Shown piece after piece: positions 1 to 14,489 of a stretch of 64,000 nucleotides of DNA. The stretch's first letter is position 1, and each line of letters opens with the position of its first letter. Origin of the DNA: Octopus vulgaris (taxonomy: Eukaryota); NCBI GenBank assembly GCA_951406725.2, contig OX597831.1:34286001-34350000 (forward strand), read 5' to 3'. The notes beneath the pieces were generated by a model that saw only the letters and a program-made list of their open reading frames with translations, was not told where the DNA came from and did no database searches. The translations under genes were made by a program, and so were the position numbers.

Positions 1-50
1 CGCATATTTTTCTCTCCTTGTTTCTTTTCTGTGTATCTTTCTGTCGAAGA

Positions 51-67
51 GAGAGAGAGAGAGAGAG

Positions 68-151
<84 letters not shown>

Positions 152-152
152 G
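51..152. repeat. (AG)n/(GATA)n microsatellite
   Basis: Direct observation. Confidence 0.95.
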
Positions 153-254
153 TGTGTATGTTCTCTGTGTGTTATTGTATTTACAATTATCATTACGCCA
201 CATTGCTGTAATAACTAAATGAATATCTCTCATACGCCATTTCTTCTTCTGCAG

Positions 255-318
255 TTGCTGGACCAAAGAATCTATTTATGATTACATCCATCACATTCCC
301 GTCTTTGTCGTCTTATTG
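255..318 (+). CDS. Class B1 GPCR (CRF/DH44 receptor-like), internal exon: ECL2-TM5 (xCWTKESIYDYIHHIPVFVVLL)
   Basis: Polypyrimidine+CAG acceptor ending at 254 and GTATGT donor at 319. The translation resembles CRF receptor 'CW...DYIYQGPMILVLL'. Ends in phase 0, matching the next exon. Confidence 0.88.
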
Positions 319-697
319 GTATGTTTACTCACCTTGATTAATTTCATTCCGTTTATTTTGTTCCTTATGCCATTGTTCTAGCTGTTGGGAGAGGAGCAGA
401 TGGGGAAAGAAGAGGAGGAGCAGCTGGGGGAAGGAGAGAAGGAGGAGCTAACAGAGAAACAAACCTAGTAGTCATTCCATTGGTCGCTTTTTTTTTTGCC
501 GAACAGTTAGAAGTACAGGGATGTAAATAGAGCAACACCGATTCATAAGCAGTGGTGGGTGCAAAAACAAACACAAAGACGTGCGCACACGCACACACAG
601 AGACGCACACTCACACACAGGCATGCGAGCGGGCACACACACATACCTCGGGATTATTTCAGCTTCCCTCTTTAAATGCATCCACAAGTTATTGGTA

Positions 698-698
698 T

Positions 699-735
<37 letters not shown>

Positions 736-817
736 GCTACTATTACTACTACTACTACTACTACCACCACCACCACCACTACTGCTGCAGCTGCTACTAC
801 TACTATTACTGCTGCTG

Positions 818-883
<66 letters not shown>
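698..883. repeat. (CTA)n compound microsatellite
   Basis: Direct observation. Confidence 0.95.
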
Positions 884-1100
884 GGTGGTGATCTGGTAAA
901 ATCATTATCACGCCGAGGTGAAAAACAGCGGTATTTCGTCTGCCGCTACGTTCTATGTTCAAGTTCCGCCGAGGTCGACTTTGCCTCTCATCCTTTCGGG
1001 GTCGATAAAATAAATTCCATTTGAACCACAGGGGTCGATGTAATCGACTCATCCCCTCCCCCATCTCCACGAAGCTGCCTTTCTGGCGAAATTTGAAATA
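884..1100 (+). mobile_element. SINE family B (another copy at 1603-1806)
   Basis: Homologous to 37236-37468; sits after (CTA)n. Confidence 0.75.
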
Positions 1101-1804
1101 ATAATTATTATTATTACCAAGCGGCGAGCTGCTCTCACACTACTTCTGCTCATGATCAGATAAACAGTGCATGATCTTGCAGGTGGGGCCCAGTTAGAAT
1201 TTTCTACTGGTCGTCTAGCCCATCCCGCTGAAAGGGTCCCTGAATAAGGATTGTTTAAGGATGTTGAACGAACTGCCCATGTTTCCAAAGGTGAATTATT
1301 CAAACCTCTAAGAATTCCTTTCAACACACGGCTATGATGCTCCCCCAATACTTCTGCTCGTGATCAGAGATGCACATATCGTCAGCCACTAAGGCGCATG
1401 CTCACCTGGTTGGTCAAGCAACTGACAAGCAAATCTGTGGTATTGAGCAGAACATTTGCAGTAGCCCATCTTTTATACCAAGACAAAACAATGTACATGA
1501 TAACACTTCCAATCAGTTGAGATGAGAGCCACTGCCTGGTACTACATCAGGGCATTTATTATTATTATTGTTGCTGTTGTTGTTCTTATCATCATTATTA
1601 TTAAAGCTGTGAGCTGTCAGAATCGTTGGCACGCAGGGCAAATGCATCGTGGCATTTTGTCCAACATTGTGATCTGAATTCAAATTCTGTCAGTGCCTGT
1701 CATCCTTTCGGGATCGGTAAATTAAGTACCAGTGAAACACTGAGGTCAATGTAATCGACTATCCACCACCCCAAATTGCAGGACTTGTGCCTTTAGTAGA
1801 AAGG

Positions 1805-1860
<56 letters not shown>

Positions 1861-1902
1861 CATTATTATTATTATTATTACTATTATTATTATTATAATT
1901 AG

Positions 1903-2039
1903 AAGCATAAAAAAGAAGAGTGCCATTGTTATCAAGTGAACGATATTTCAGCATCTAGCGTGCTTTCCACAGGTCAAAAAAATAAACTTGTCAATCCACT
2001 TCATTTTTGGTAATATTTTATAGGATTGACGTATTATTA

Positions 2040-2101
<62 letters not shown>

Positions 2102-2655
2102 GAGTGAGAGAGCAGTGCATGCCATCAAAGTGACACTGGGATAAAATATACGAAGCCCAATATACCCATCATGACTACCCGTCTGATAAGGGTACACCAG
2201 GCACATGCATCACAACCATATGTGCGCGACATGGTGATCTCATATCAAGATAAACAGCACATGACCTTGCAGGTGGGGCCCAGTTAGAATTTTCTTCAGG
2301 TTGAGTAGCCCATCCCGCTCAAAAGGTCCCTGAATAAGGGTTGTTTAAGGATGTTGAAAGAACCACCCATGTTTCCAGAGGTGAATTATTCAAACCCCAA
2401 AGAATCCCTCTCAACACATGGCTATGATGCTCCCCCACTACTTCTGCTCGTAATTAGAGATGCACATATCGTCAGCCACTAAGGGACATGCTCAACTGGT
2501 TAAGGTCAAACAACTGACAAGCAAATCTGTGGTATTGAGCAGAATATTTGCTGTAGCCCATCTTTTATACCAAGACAAAACAATGTACATGATAACACCT
2601 CCAATCAGTTAAGATCAGAAGCCATGAGAGCCACTGCCTGGTACTGCATCAGGGC

Positions 2656-2717
<62 letters not shown>

Positions 2718-3010
2718 GCAAAAAAAAAAAGAAGAGTGCTATTGTTATCAAATGAAAGATTTTTCGGCATCTAGCGTGCTTTCCACATGTCACAAAAAAT
2801 AAACTTGTCAATCCACTTCATTTTTGGTAATATTTTATAGGATTGACGTATTATTATCATTATTATTATTATTATTATTATTAGCAAAAAAAAAAGAAGA
2901 GTGCCATTGTTATCAAGTTAAAGATTTTTCGGCATCTAACGTGCCTTCCAGATTCAAAAAATAAACTTGTCAATCTACTTCATTTTTGGTAATATTTTAT
3001 AAGATTGAGG

Positions 3011-3051
<41 letters not shown>

Positions 3052-3187
3052 GCAAAAAAAAAAAGAAGAGTGCCATTGTTATCAAGTGAAAGATTTTTCG
3101 GCATCTAACGTGCCTTCCAGATTCAAAAAATAAACTTGTCAATCTACTTCATTTTTGGTAATATTTTATAAGATTGAGGTATTATTA

Positions 3188-3190
<3 letters not shown>
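1903..3190. repeat. Four copies of a ~135-bp unit separated by (TTA)n
   Basis: aaaaagaagagtgccattgttatcaag...ggtaatattttataggattgacg at ~1903, 2717, 2883 and 3051. Confidence 0.85.
2102..2658. mobile_element. ~555-bp interspersed repeat inserted in (TTA)n (partial copy at ~1143-1557)
   Basis: Two similar copies, flanked by TTA microsatellites. Confidence 0.7.
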
Positions 3191-3267
<77 letters not shown>

Positions 3268-3269
3268 TA

Positions 3270-3315
<46 letters not shown>

Positions 3316-3320
3316 TACAA

Positions 3321-3367
<47 letters not shown>

Positions 3368-3382
3368 TTTGTCTTTTATCAC

Positions 3383-3430
<48 letters not shown>

Positions 3431-3857
3431 TATCGCTACTTCGACGAGTACTTACACATCTATCTTTCGATATTTTGTCGTTCTGCCGTAATTACAGTTT
3501 TGATGAATTACAGCGGAAACTTACGCGATATCACTTCAACAATCTCCATGGTGCACTTAGCTATAATTGATTATCACTCTTTGTTGAATTCATGCTGCCT
3601 AACACAATCCGTGTAGACCAAAACGTCAATCCAATATCCTGCTATTCTGTGATTTCTGTTCTTTCGCTATTAGATTCATTCTTACCGTAGAATCTAATTC
3701 CGTGTGTCTCACTATTCTAAAGGGGAATATCAAAAAAAGCTACGCTTTCAGGGCTATCCCACCTGAAATTCGGTGTTTTTTATGGTCAAAATGAATCTGT
3801 GATCAATTAGTGATGAAATATATACACACGTGTGTGTGTAGTATGCATATATATGTG

Positions 3858-3909
<52 letters not shown>

Positions 3910-4644
3910 CACACACTCACACACACACACCACATGCATACACATCTATGTGTGCGAGTGTGTGTGTGTGTGTGTGCATGCATGTCACGATATGGCAAAA
4001 TGCTAATTACACAAAGCCTTGTACCTATAAGAACATGACACTTTCGAAGAGGTTCTATATCCTTCCTACTTTCTGCACACGTCACACAGCACATTCTGAA
4101 AGTAATCCGCATCCAACAGTATAGAGGAATCCATAAAACATGTTCCCCATGCAATCACCATCCACTCAGAATATTACATTGCATGCTGTTAGCTAATCCA
4201 CAAGACATCCTGCACACCACAAACTACATCACACAGAAACAAAAAATAAAATATATGAGTAGTTTTTGGCAGACAATCAATGTTACAATGCTGCTTTCCT
4301 TTCATAGTAGCCATCGTTATTTAACATTAAATTATTGCTCTTAGCATTAATCCCTTTGATGTTTCTTCTGTTTTCTGCTAAGATACTTTGCAGGCAAAAA
4401 AATTAGTTCCGTTATATTTGCGTGATATATATTTCCTTTATAAAGGTAATGTAAATTGCTGTATATTGATTTAATGCTAATTTTTTTACATTTCTTATAT
4501 ACAGTTGGTTATGCAAGAGAAGAGACTGTATAGGAATTCTCTATATTTTCGGTCCATTTCGTTCTTTCCCTGTAGCATATTTCATTATATTTCTCCGAAT
4601 GTGTATATCTGCTGTAGTTTTGCTTTTAGCCGTAAACTTTGTTA

Positions 4645-4701
4645 TTCGCTGATGAAGGCAATACATCACTCACAACCTAGAAACACAACCTTGTGTCCGG
4701 A
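4645..4701 (+). ncRNA. Type I hammerhead ribozyme motif
   Basis: ttcg-CTGATGA-agg...cct a-GAAA-cacaa cc ttgtg-TC-cgga. All core nucleotides present, GUC cleavage triplet, short stems I and II. Confidence 0.68.
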
Positions 4702-5234
4702 GACACAATGTATCTTCTTTTTTCAAGATTTATTTTTACTCTGTCAGCTGGTTTGTTTTTCTTTAACCTTATCCGCCAATAGTTGCTTTAAATAGCTATA
4801 GATATCCCTTTACTGCTCACCTTTCTTCTTCTATGATATCATATTGTTCGGCTGGTAAACAGCAAGTTTCTTGTAGGCTGTGAATAAAAAGCTTCTGTAG
4901 GTGTTGCAAAACCAGCTGTAAGTCTGTACTTTTAAAGGTCTACGGTAATTATATTCTCATCTCTTTTATCTTACTTTTTTTCCGTCATTCGACTGTCATC
5001 ATGGTGGGTCACCGCCTTGAAAAGTTTAATCGAACAAAGCGACCCTCGTATTAATTTTTGCTAAAAGTTAGATCTTATTCTATCCGTTTCTTTTGCAGAG
5101 CTGCTAGATTACCGAGACGTAGATAAAAGGACATCGGTTGTCAAGCGGTGAGGAGTACAAACACAAAGACATACATATACATATAAAGACATACAGGCGG
5201 AGAGATAGACAGATAGACAGACAGACAGACAGAT

Positions 5235-5309
<75 letters not shown>

Positions 5310-5892
5310 TGTTTCTTTATTAGCCACACAGAGCTGCACACAGACAGGACAAAATTACAAGGTAGAGCTTTTCTTTTGGGGGTAAAAGAAGGGATCGTAA
5401 ATAGAAAGAAAGTGGACAAAAAAAGGGGGAGGGAAAGGAAAAAAATTGGATCAATAGGGATCGTTATCACAGAAATTTCAATATGAAGTGTAAAGGGGAG
5501 GATATGTGAGGTTTACCCGTGGAAAGAAAAGCCTACGGAAAAGACCACGGTAACCTCGAGATGGGTTCGAGGAGTTTTCACACAGATTCCGTCCACTAAT
5601 TTCAGTGAAAAGGTTGACTCGGGACTATAATAGAAGACTCTTGCCTATACTGATGAGCATTGCGACTGAACCCGAAACTTCGTGATTGCAAAGCAATCTT
5701 TCTATCCACACACACAGCTGTGCCTGATAAATTTCTTACCATTATTATGGTACATTTATGCGTTTTTGTTAATGTGTACGTTGTAGGAGAATGAATGTAA
5801 GTGAATGCTTGTGTGTGTGTGTGTGTGTGTTCTTTATCGATTGAGTGTCTCAATGAAAATTTTTATTCTCATACATTTTTTTTTTTCAACAG

Positions 5893-5978
5893 GCAAATGT
5901 TATATTTTTTATTAGCATCCTCTGGATTCTGATAACAAAACTGCGAATGACAAATACACCCGAAGCAACAGATTACAG
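5893..5978 (+). CDS. Class B1 GPCR exon: TM5-ICL3 (ANVIFFISILWILITKLRMTNTPEATDY-R)
   Basis: ttttttcaacAG acceptor and GTAAG donor; 86 nt, ends in phase 2. Matches CRF receptor '[29 protein letters not shown]'. Confidence 0.92.
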
Positions 5979-6191
5979 GTAAGAAATATTTTTGAAAGCC
6001 AAAAGAATTTACAGTAATTTATGCATTTATGTATTTTTGTCATACGACTTGATTTTGTTCAAACTGCTGTTAAATGATTTCTCTCAACAAGAACAAACGA
6101 GATTGAGAAATGTCACGTCAATGAATTTATTCAACTATCAAATTCTCTTTCTCTCTTTCCATACACTTACATACTCATAATTATTTCCTAC

Positions 6192-6236
<45 letters not shown>

Positions 6237-6598
6237 TGAGAGTGTGTGTCTGCGTATGTGTATGTGTGTAACTATATATCGTTAATAGGGTACCAAAAAA
6301 AACTGGATTTATTTTCATGTACTCAATACATGACACGAATGTGAAGGTCTTATATTTCCTACGTGTATATATTTAAAAGGCTATATTTCAGACGTCTCGC
6401 CACTTTTTACATCTACCTTCTCGTTTTTCTTGTAATTTCTCTTGTGCCAGCGTCCCGATTTGCAAATTGAATAAACCATGTGCTCAGAGCCCGATTATTG
6501 CTTGGTGATATAAAGTGTACTATAAAAGCCTACCTAGATCCGTGTCTCCAAAGAAAGAAACTGTTTGTTGCTCGTATTTTTCTACTGTTAGATTAAAT

Positions 6599-6665
<67 letters not shown>

Positions 6666-7388
6666 TCACTCACTCACTCGCGCGTGCGATCAAATATCTT
6701 TTATATTATGTGTATGCATACTTCTGGTTGGCTGTGGTAATTCATTTTAGAAGTGGAAGAGAATCTTTCTCTGATGAGCAGATTAGTCACGAAATATCAA
6801 TATGTATCGCGTACTTTCACTTCCGGGGCGATTTCGTTACGCCTAAATTTGGGCATTCTGTGTTTTTAACACTATACGTCTTTAAAAGAAATATTCTTTA
6901 GATGAAATACCGCAGGTTTGTATGTCATATTGATAATACATACATACATATATATATATATGTGTGTGTGTGTATCCTTTTTTTTTCTCCTTGTTTCTCT
7001 CCTTGTTTTTTATGTGTCCCTTTCTTTGGAAGCAGAATATTGGTAATATCAAAGACATATAATAAGACAGACTAATGGTAAAAATGCTTCGAAATTTACA
7101 GGAACTGACGACATGAATTGAAACTTCTAAGTGCGTCGTATTGAGCCTCAGATAACTTTGCAGAAAGAAAACTAATTGCACGAAGTGGCAATAAAAAGTA
7201 TATTTGAAGTCTGTAGAATGAATATAATACAATTAATACTGAAATAAAATTCTTAAGGACAATGAAATATCTAATGAATAAAAGATTTTAAAGAACTCGG
7301 TGAACTAAGCAAGATGTATTTTCAAGTTCATTATAATCATTTATTAAATACCTTGCTCTTAAAACTAATTATCTCTCTAAAATGCTAG

Positions 7389-7434
<46 letters not shown>

Positions 7435-8082
7435 GTGTGTGTGTGTGTGTACATGCACACACACAGAGACAGTAATGGCCTTAAGAAACATAAATTCTAA
7501 GCTGAAACTTATTTTTGAGTCGTAAATTTCTACTACTATCGTTAAAAGATTGGTACATACTAATGATGTATACAGGAAAATGTGTACTAATAGCTAGGAC
7601 ACATGTGTGGCAATGTGGTTAAGAAGGTTGCTTTCCAACGATGTGGTCTTGAGTTCAGTCTCATTGCGTGGGCCTCGAATTCTTAGAAGAAAATTGGAAA
7701 GAAGCACTACACACAAACACAAACACACACACATGTAGTTGTAATAAGGAAGTCAACCCAAATAGAATTATTTTGTAATCATTTAATACGCACATTTCAG
7801 ATTTGCGTAATATATCAAATGCAAATCATCCATCATGCATAGACGCAGGCGTGGCTGTGTGCCAGGAAGTTTGCTTCCCAGCCACATGTTTCAGGTTCCA
7901 TGTGATGTATGTGTCTGTGTGTATGTATGTGTGTATGCACATGCAATCACACGCACGCGCACACACGCACACGCACTCATATATATGTATATATACGTCA
8001 TTATATAACAAATGGAATTTTAATAATCGTTATCAAACTTCACATCTCAGTAAACAAGATATATATATATATATACGACGGG

Positions 8083-8121
<39 letters not shown>

Positions 8122-8124
<3 letters not shown>

Positions 8125-8328
8125 CGGGAAGGTTTAACGAAAATAAACAAAAGACGAAAGTAGGTGGAGTACAAACAAACAAATGTATCAGTATGGCGCT
8201 CAGGAATAGAAATAGAACAAGTCTTTTACGCTTCGCGCCTACGATCTTCGACAGAAAGATACACAGAAAAGAAACAAGGAGAGGAACAAAGAGAGAAGAA
8301 AATGCGTGTAAGAGCTAACGGTCCATCA
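8122..8328 (-). mobile_element. Second copy of the HHR-variant short repeat, between (TA)n and (TATG)n
   Basis: Shares KIYENKQKTKVGGVQTNK-type sequence with 57901-58075; the motif here is degenerate (GAAG instead of GAAA). Confidence 0.65.
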
Positions 8329-8447
8329 TATGTATGTATGTATGTATTATGTATGTATGTATGTATGTATGTATGTATGTATGTATGTATGTATGTATGT
8401 ATGTATGTATGTGTGTGTGTGTATGTATGTATGTATCTATGTATGTA

Positions 8448-8483
<36 letters not shown>

Positions 8484-9003
8484 TGCTTGTATGTGCGTTG
8501 CGTGTGTTTCTTCGTTTCTGTATTTATACCCCAACACCGCTTGACGACCGGTGATGACGTGTTTATGACCCTGTAACTTAACAGTTCGGCAAAAAGATTA
8601 GACAAAATAAAATCGAGGCTTAAAAAAAACTGTAATGGGGTCGATTCATTCGACTAAAAATTCGCCAAGGCAGCTCCCCAGCATGTCCGCAGTCTAGTTA
8701 CTCAAACAAGTAAAATATAGTTTTAGCGATGCATACAAACACCAGTTTCCTTACTAACGGTCTGATGTGTATATTATTCAACAGGTTTTCGTCTTCTAAT
8801 CACCCGGTCTTCACCCTTAATTTCGCGAACGATACAATTCCCCTTTCCGCTAATATCTCATTTCACACACAATTAGATCGATAAGTATGCATGGTGTACA
8901 AGGTCAGACTTAACAATGGTCATGCGATTTCCATTATATCAAGTTATGTTATCAACTGGATGATATAATCTACAATGAAATTAGAATATACATTCTATTA
9001 ACA

Positions 9004-9054
<51 letters not shown>

Positions 9055-9136
9055 TATATGTATATATATACATATACGTATATATATATGTACATATACG
9101 TATGTAAATATATATATATATATATTTATGCATATT

Positions 9137-9203
<67 letters not shown>

Positions 9204-9851
9204 TATATTATATTTTATTAAAAATCTATTTGGGAGCAGTAATAGATTTTTAACATCCCATTCTACTGAGTAGCTAGCGGACATGTGAATGTATGTGTCT
9301 GTGTGTATGTATGTGTGTATGCACATGCAATCACACGCACGCGCACTCACGCACACCCACTCATATGTATGTATATATACGTCATTATATAACAAATGGA
9401 ATTTCAATAACTATATGATCGTTATCAAACTTCACATCTCAGTAAACAAGATATTTTTAAAATGAGTTATTTGCGAAATCGTGTGTGCGTGTAATCAGAT
9501 AGATTATATATATATATATATATATATACGTATATGTATATATGTATTTATGGATGAATATACGTATACTTAATAGAATTTATGGAAATTGTCGTTGATT
9601 ATCATTGTTGAAATATGCTGCTTTCATCCGTGAGACACATTGTATTGCTTATTAAATATAAGCCCCATCTCTATACGTGGAGGCGATATATACATATATA
9701 TTAACACACCCACGCACGTACACATATACATGTGTGTGTGCGCACATATATATATATATATATATAAATATATATATCGTATAATATACATATGTGTTTC
9801 ATACATAAATACACACAAACACACACGCAGGGACGCAAACACAAACACAAG

Positions 9852-9907
<56 letters not shown>

Positions 9908-10060
9908 GTATGTATGTATTATGTACGTATCAGGTTATGCACATTCTCTTCTCGGAAATGTGATACAATTCATACAAAAATGAATGAAATCGTTTGTAAC
10001 ATACTCCAAGTACTTCTAACTGTATCAAAACGAAAACTATGATCTCATATTACAAGCAGA

Positions 10061-10104
<44 letters not shown>

Positions 10105-10866
10105 AAAAAAAAAGAAGAAAAAAAGGATCACTTAAAGTAAATATCTTCTGATATTTACCATATCTGCTTCCTTACGTACGGTAAATATCTTCATATTTTC
10201 CATGATTTACTTTCTCATCACGTTAGTCGAACTACCTGTGACAGATTTGATTAGTCAACCGTTGCTATGTCACGTTTGTACCAAATGGTTTTTACACAAT
10301 CATCGATGGAACGAAAAAGAAGACGAAGCCGTCATGAAATTGTGCTTCGTCGAAAACCACCGTCATTAATAGGACAATTTAAGACATGCAAATGGTTTAG
10401 TTCGATATCTTTTATATTCTATTTTGTTTATATGTTACTTTAACAGATATCTGTTAACGGTTTTTTTTAATACTTTTTCTCGCTGGATTGCGTGTTCGTT
10501 TCTCTTTTTTGCTATCTATGATTTTCTTTTTCATCTTCTACATAAATGGAGATATTTCCTTCGTCTGCCTGCGTTTCTCTCTACAAAATGGTAAGTCACG
10601 TTGCGGAACAGTCATGTTAACGAGTTTTATTTATTTATCACCCAACGAGATACATCTGCACCACCGGATGCTTCCGAACCAGTTGTTGAGTGTCCCAAAC
10701 AAGAGGAATCGATGCTAGATGTGTTGAAACAATTATCGTGATTAATAACAAATTCTCGTATATACCATCTTCTGTCTTTCATTTGCTGTATACCTAACAA
10801 TCGCTGGAAAGTGGCCGTGCTTTACCAGTAAGCTACCAGGTGTAAACCATTCGTTTTATTATCCAT

Positions 10867-10920
<54 letters not shown>

Positions 10921-11926
10921 TGTGTCTGTGTGTATGTGTATACATATATAAACGTGCACTTGCGCGCACACACACAGACATCTGCGCACGCACACTAACA
11001 CACATATAAATATTTATTGATATGAGGCTGACATTGTCCCTGCAGTGACTCACGAGAGAGTCATATGTTCCAGCGCCGCCTTGGTATTTGTTAACTTGTA
11101 TTCGATTGTCACATACCTGGACGAAATTTGTCCCCTCCGGTACGTAGAGAACAGTGAATAAAACATGTACTGATATTTGGAGAAAGCTTGCTAAGGTGAA
11201 TAAAAGCTAGGTGTAGGCAATAGATCAAGATAGCCATATGTGCATCATATTTAACGTATATTCATCAGAGAAAGTCCTGGGAAATGTCATTTGAAAGGTG
11301 ATTATTCGAAAACATCAATATATTTCTATCTCATCATGTTATTGAGTAACTCGTTAGCTTTAGGTCAACTATAATGAAGCAGATTTATGCTAAAGGACAT
11401 GCCATCTCTCCATCCATCCCATAAAATTTCACAATCAGCAATATGTCAGCTTTTAAAATAGCAAGATATCTAAGGTATATACAAATGTTGTTGCTATTTC
11501 TAAGTGAGCATATCATGTGATACTCAAATTGTTATAACAAGAGTGTTGCCAAATCATTATCATTGCTTACAAAGCGTGCGTCACAAAAATGATGTGATTA
11601 TATCAAATAAATGAGAAAAAATAAACTTAAATTCTTAAACTTAAAGATTTGGTAACCATACTTGTTATTGAATGATTATTTAAGTATATATTTATATACT
11701 CTCAATATATAATAGATATCTTGTTTTCATAAATACGCACGCACACATACTCGCAAATACACATATATATGCATTTATTCTAGTATCGAACGGTGCTTAA
11801 TAAATATCTTTTATTTGTGGATTAAGGAGACAACCTATGGCTTCTTGTGAAATTATCATTCTTCACAATTGTTCAAGCCTACTCCATGGAAATGCTGGCA
11901 CTCGCTGGAACAAGTGTGAAAAACAG

Positions 11927-12227
11927 TTCAAATGAGTCCATTCCGCCCGGCCTCTCACTCAGCACGGAGACCTAAATCAAGAGATGGGAGGAGGTAGTGC
12001 TGCTCTGGGTTTTTCACGCTAACTACCTGATAATTTCTTATGAAGATTTTATCCTATTTTTAAATGTTAAATATATATATAAATTTAAAATTTAAAAATA
12101 GGATAAAATCTTCATAAGAAATTATCAGGTAGTTAGCGTGAAAAACCCAGTGCAGCACTACCTCCTCCCATCTCTTGATTTAGGTCTCCCGTGCTGAGTG
12201 AGAGGCCGGGCGGAATGGACTCATTTG

Positions 12228-12229
<2 letters not shown>
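11927..12229. repeat. Fold-back inverted repeat, ~137-bp arms
   Basis: 11927-12063 vs 12092-12229, near-identical, with an AT-rich spacer. Confidence 0.9.
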
Positions 12230-12282
<53 letters not shown>

Positions 12283-12534
12283 GAGTGGCTGTGTGGTAAG
12301 TAGCTTACTTACTTCCGGTTACCCAGAATGCAACACTAGTTGGTCTGGAGTGTTACAGTGAGAAGACGCGAATTTTGGCTCTGTGAATAGAAAAAAAGAA
12401 CAAAAAGAAAAATTGTCAATTGTGGCTTGCTATAGCGAGCAAAAATATTGTGTACTCATCACCATAAAGGAGAATTGAAAATTTTCGTGGAAAATGTATG
12501 TATGTGTGTGCATGTGTGCGTCACTGTATATGAC

Positions 12535-12606
<72 letters not shown>

Positions 12607-12700
12607 CTTGATTTGAAAACCCCACTAGAATGGGAGAAAGCATATAATGATCTGAATGATATGATATATATATGTAAAAAATGTAATATATAAGAAGATC

Positions 12701-14208
12701 TTGGACAGGATTTTACCAAAAATGCGTGAAGCTTCACCCCTTCCACTCTGGAATAGGACCTCCGAGGCAATAACTTGGTTCCGGGATTTACCAGATAAAA
12801 GCAACACCCGATTCCTACAACTGGATATCGAGGATTACTACGCCTCTATATCGGAGAGCTTGCTGATCGATGCGATTAACTTCGCCAGGAGGTCCTCCAC
12901 CATCACCGAGGCCGAGCAAGATGTGATCCTCCACGCACGTAAGACTTTTCTTTTCTATGACGGATCCCACTGGATCAACAAAAAATCTGTGACCCCCTTC
13001 GACGTCAGCATGGGTGCTAACGACTCTGCTGAAATAAGTGACCTAGTGGGCCTTTTCATCCTCCATAGGCTGAAAACCCTATTCACAGGCCTCTCCGGTG
13101 GTCTTTACCGAGATGACGGCCTTTTCGCCCTCCACAATATAAACCCCAGGACCACGGATGGGTTCCGGAAAAATCTTCACACCTTCTTTAAAAACTTAGG
13201 CCTTAGGATTACCCTAGAATCCAACTTAACTAAGGCTAACTTCCTAGATGTCACCCTCGACTTAAAAACCTCACTTTATTACCCGTACCACAAACCAAAT
13301 GAATCCCTTAGATATATAGATATCAATTCCAACCACCCCAGAAATATATTAGATAACCTAGTAAAAAGTGTCTCAATTAGAATATCTAGCCTGTCCGCCA
13401 CGGAAGATATCTTTAAGGCCGCAGCCCCCTATTACAACGAGGCCCTGGCCCGCAGTGGTTTTAAAGATAAGATTACCTACACTAGTATAGCCCCACGCCA
13501 ACCCAGGAAAAATAGACGAAGACACATTAGCTGGTACAACCCCCCTTCAACCGTGAGGTCGCTACACCTGTAGCTAAGATCTTTTTCACTCTCCTACAGA
13601 AACACTTCCCCACCCAACATAAGTACTACACTATCCTAAATAAGAACACTATTAGACTCTCCTACTCTACCACGCCCAACCTAGCCAGGAACCTAGCCAA
13701 CAACAATGTGAAAAAACTTAACATATCTACTTTCTCCGGGGCCCATCCAACGTCCGATAGCAATTGCAACTGCCATGATAAAACCACCTGCCCCCTCAAC
13801 AACAACTGCCTACAGAGGGACCTAGTATATAAATGCGAGGTAAGATCAGGCCTTGACGATAAAAGTAAATCCTACATTGGAATGACGTCAAACAGCTTTA
13901 AGACCCGCTGGTATGCACATACACACTCGTTCCGGCGACAGGATAAATCCAACCAAACTACCCTCGCCGCCCACATCTGGTACCTTAAAAGGAACTCAAT
14001 CCCCTTCAAGACCAAGTGGAAACTACTACAGAAGGCGCGCTCGTACACAGGAGGACATACCTGCTGTGACCTATGCATATCAGAGAGCCTAGAGATCTTG
14101 TTCGCCAAAGGCCCTCTCCTTAACAAATTTTCAGAACACTCCCCAAATTGCATGCATAAGAAGTATGCGAACTACAAGAACTATAGACCTACCCGGCAAC
14201 CTGATTGA
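12701..14208 (+). pseudogene. Penelope-like reverse transcriptase + GIY-YIG endonuclease ORF with a single frameshift near 13545
   Basis: RT motifs QLDIEDYYASI, SMGANDSAEISDLVG, YRDDGL, NFLDVTL. Adding one C in the C-run at 13540-13545 gives WYNPPFNREVATPVAKIFFTLLQKHFP...RLSYSTTPNL and joins ORF 13708-14208 (CNCHDKTTCP, VYKC..YIGMT, FKTRWYAH, CDLC). Confidence 0.92.
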
Positions 14209-14309
14209 TGACAAACCCCCCTACCCCCCCCCCTACAACCCCCCCCCAACCCCACTGTTCCCCTAGCACCCCCGATTACCTTTTCTCCTAAGACCTTTCA
14301 CATATTATA

Positions 14310-14447
14310 TGTGCACGCTTGTATATGTGTATCGTATGTATGTATGTATATATGTATAGAAATGCATGGGTACAGTAGGAATACACGCATGTATTATGTG
14401 TGTGTGTGTGTATGTATGCATGTAAAAAATATATATGTATATATATT

Positions 14448-14489
<42 letters not shown>

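Noticed and set aside
1903-3190. CRISPR-like repeat-spacer pattern
   Set aside because: Units are ~135 bp, the 'spacers' are TTA microsatellites, the DNA is eukaryotic and there are no cas genes.
5645-5690. CTGATGA...GAAA hammerhead-like boxes
   Set aside because: No stem I or II pairing; lies in a decayed SINE A head.
6765-6805. CTGATGA..GAAA-ta-TC motif
   Set aside because: Stem I and stem II do not pair; probably chance.
7100-7135. CTGACGA..GAAA motif
   Set aside because: No supporting stems.
13708-14300. Possible selenoprotein/SECIS, as reported for some Naiad elements
   Set aside because: The conserved Cys positions are TGC/TGT, there is no in-frame TGA within the domains, and the sequence after the TGATGA stop is C-rich with no SECIS-like hairpin that I can see.
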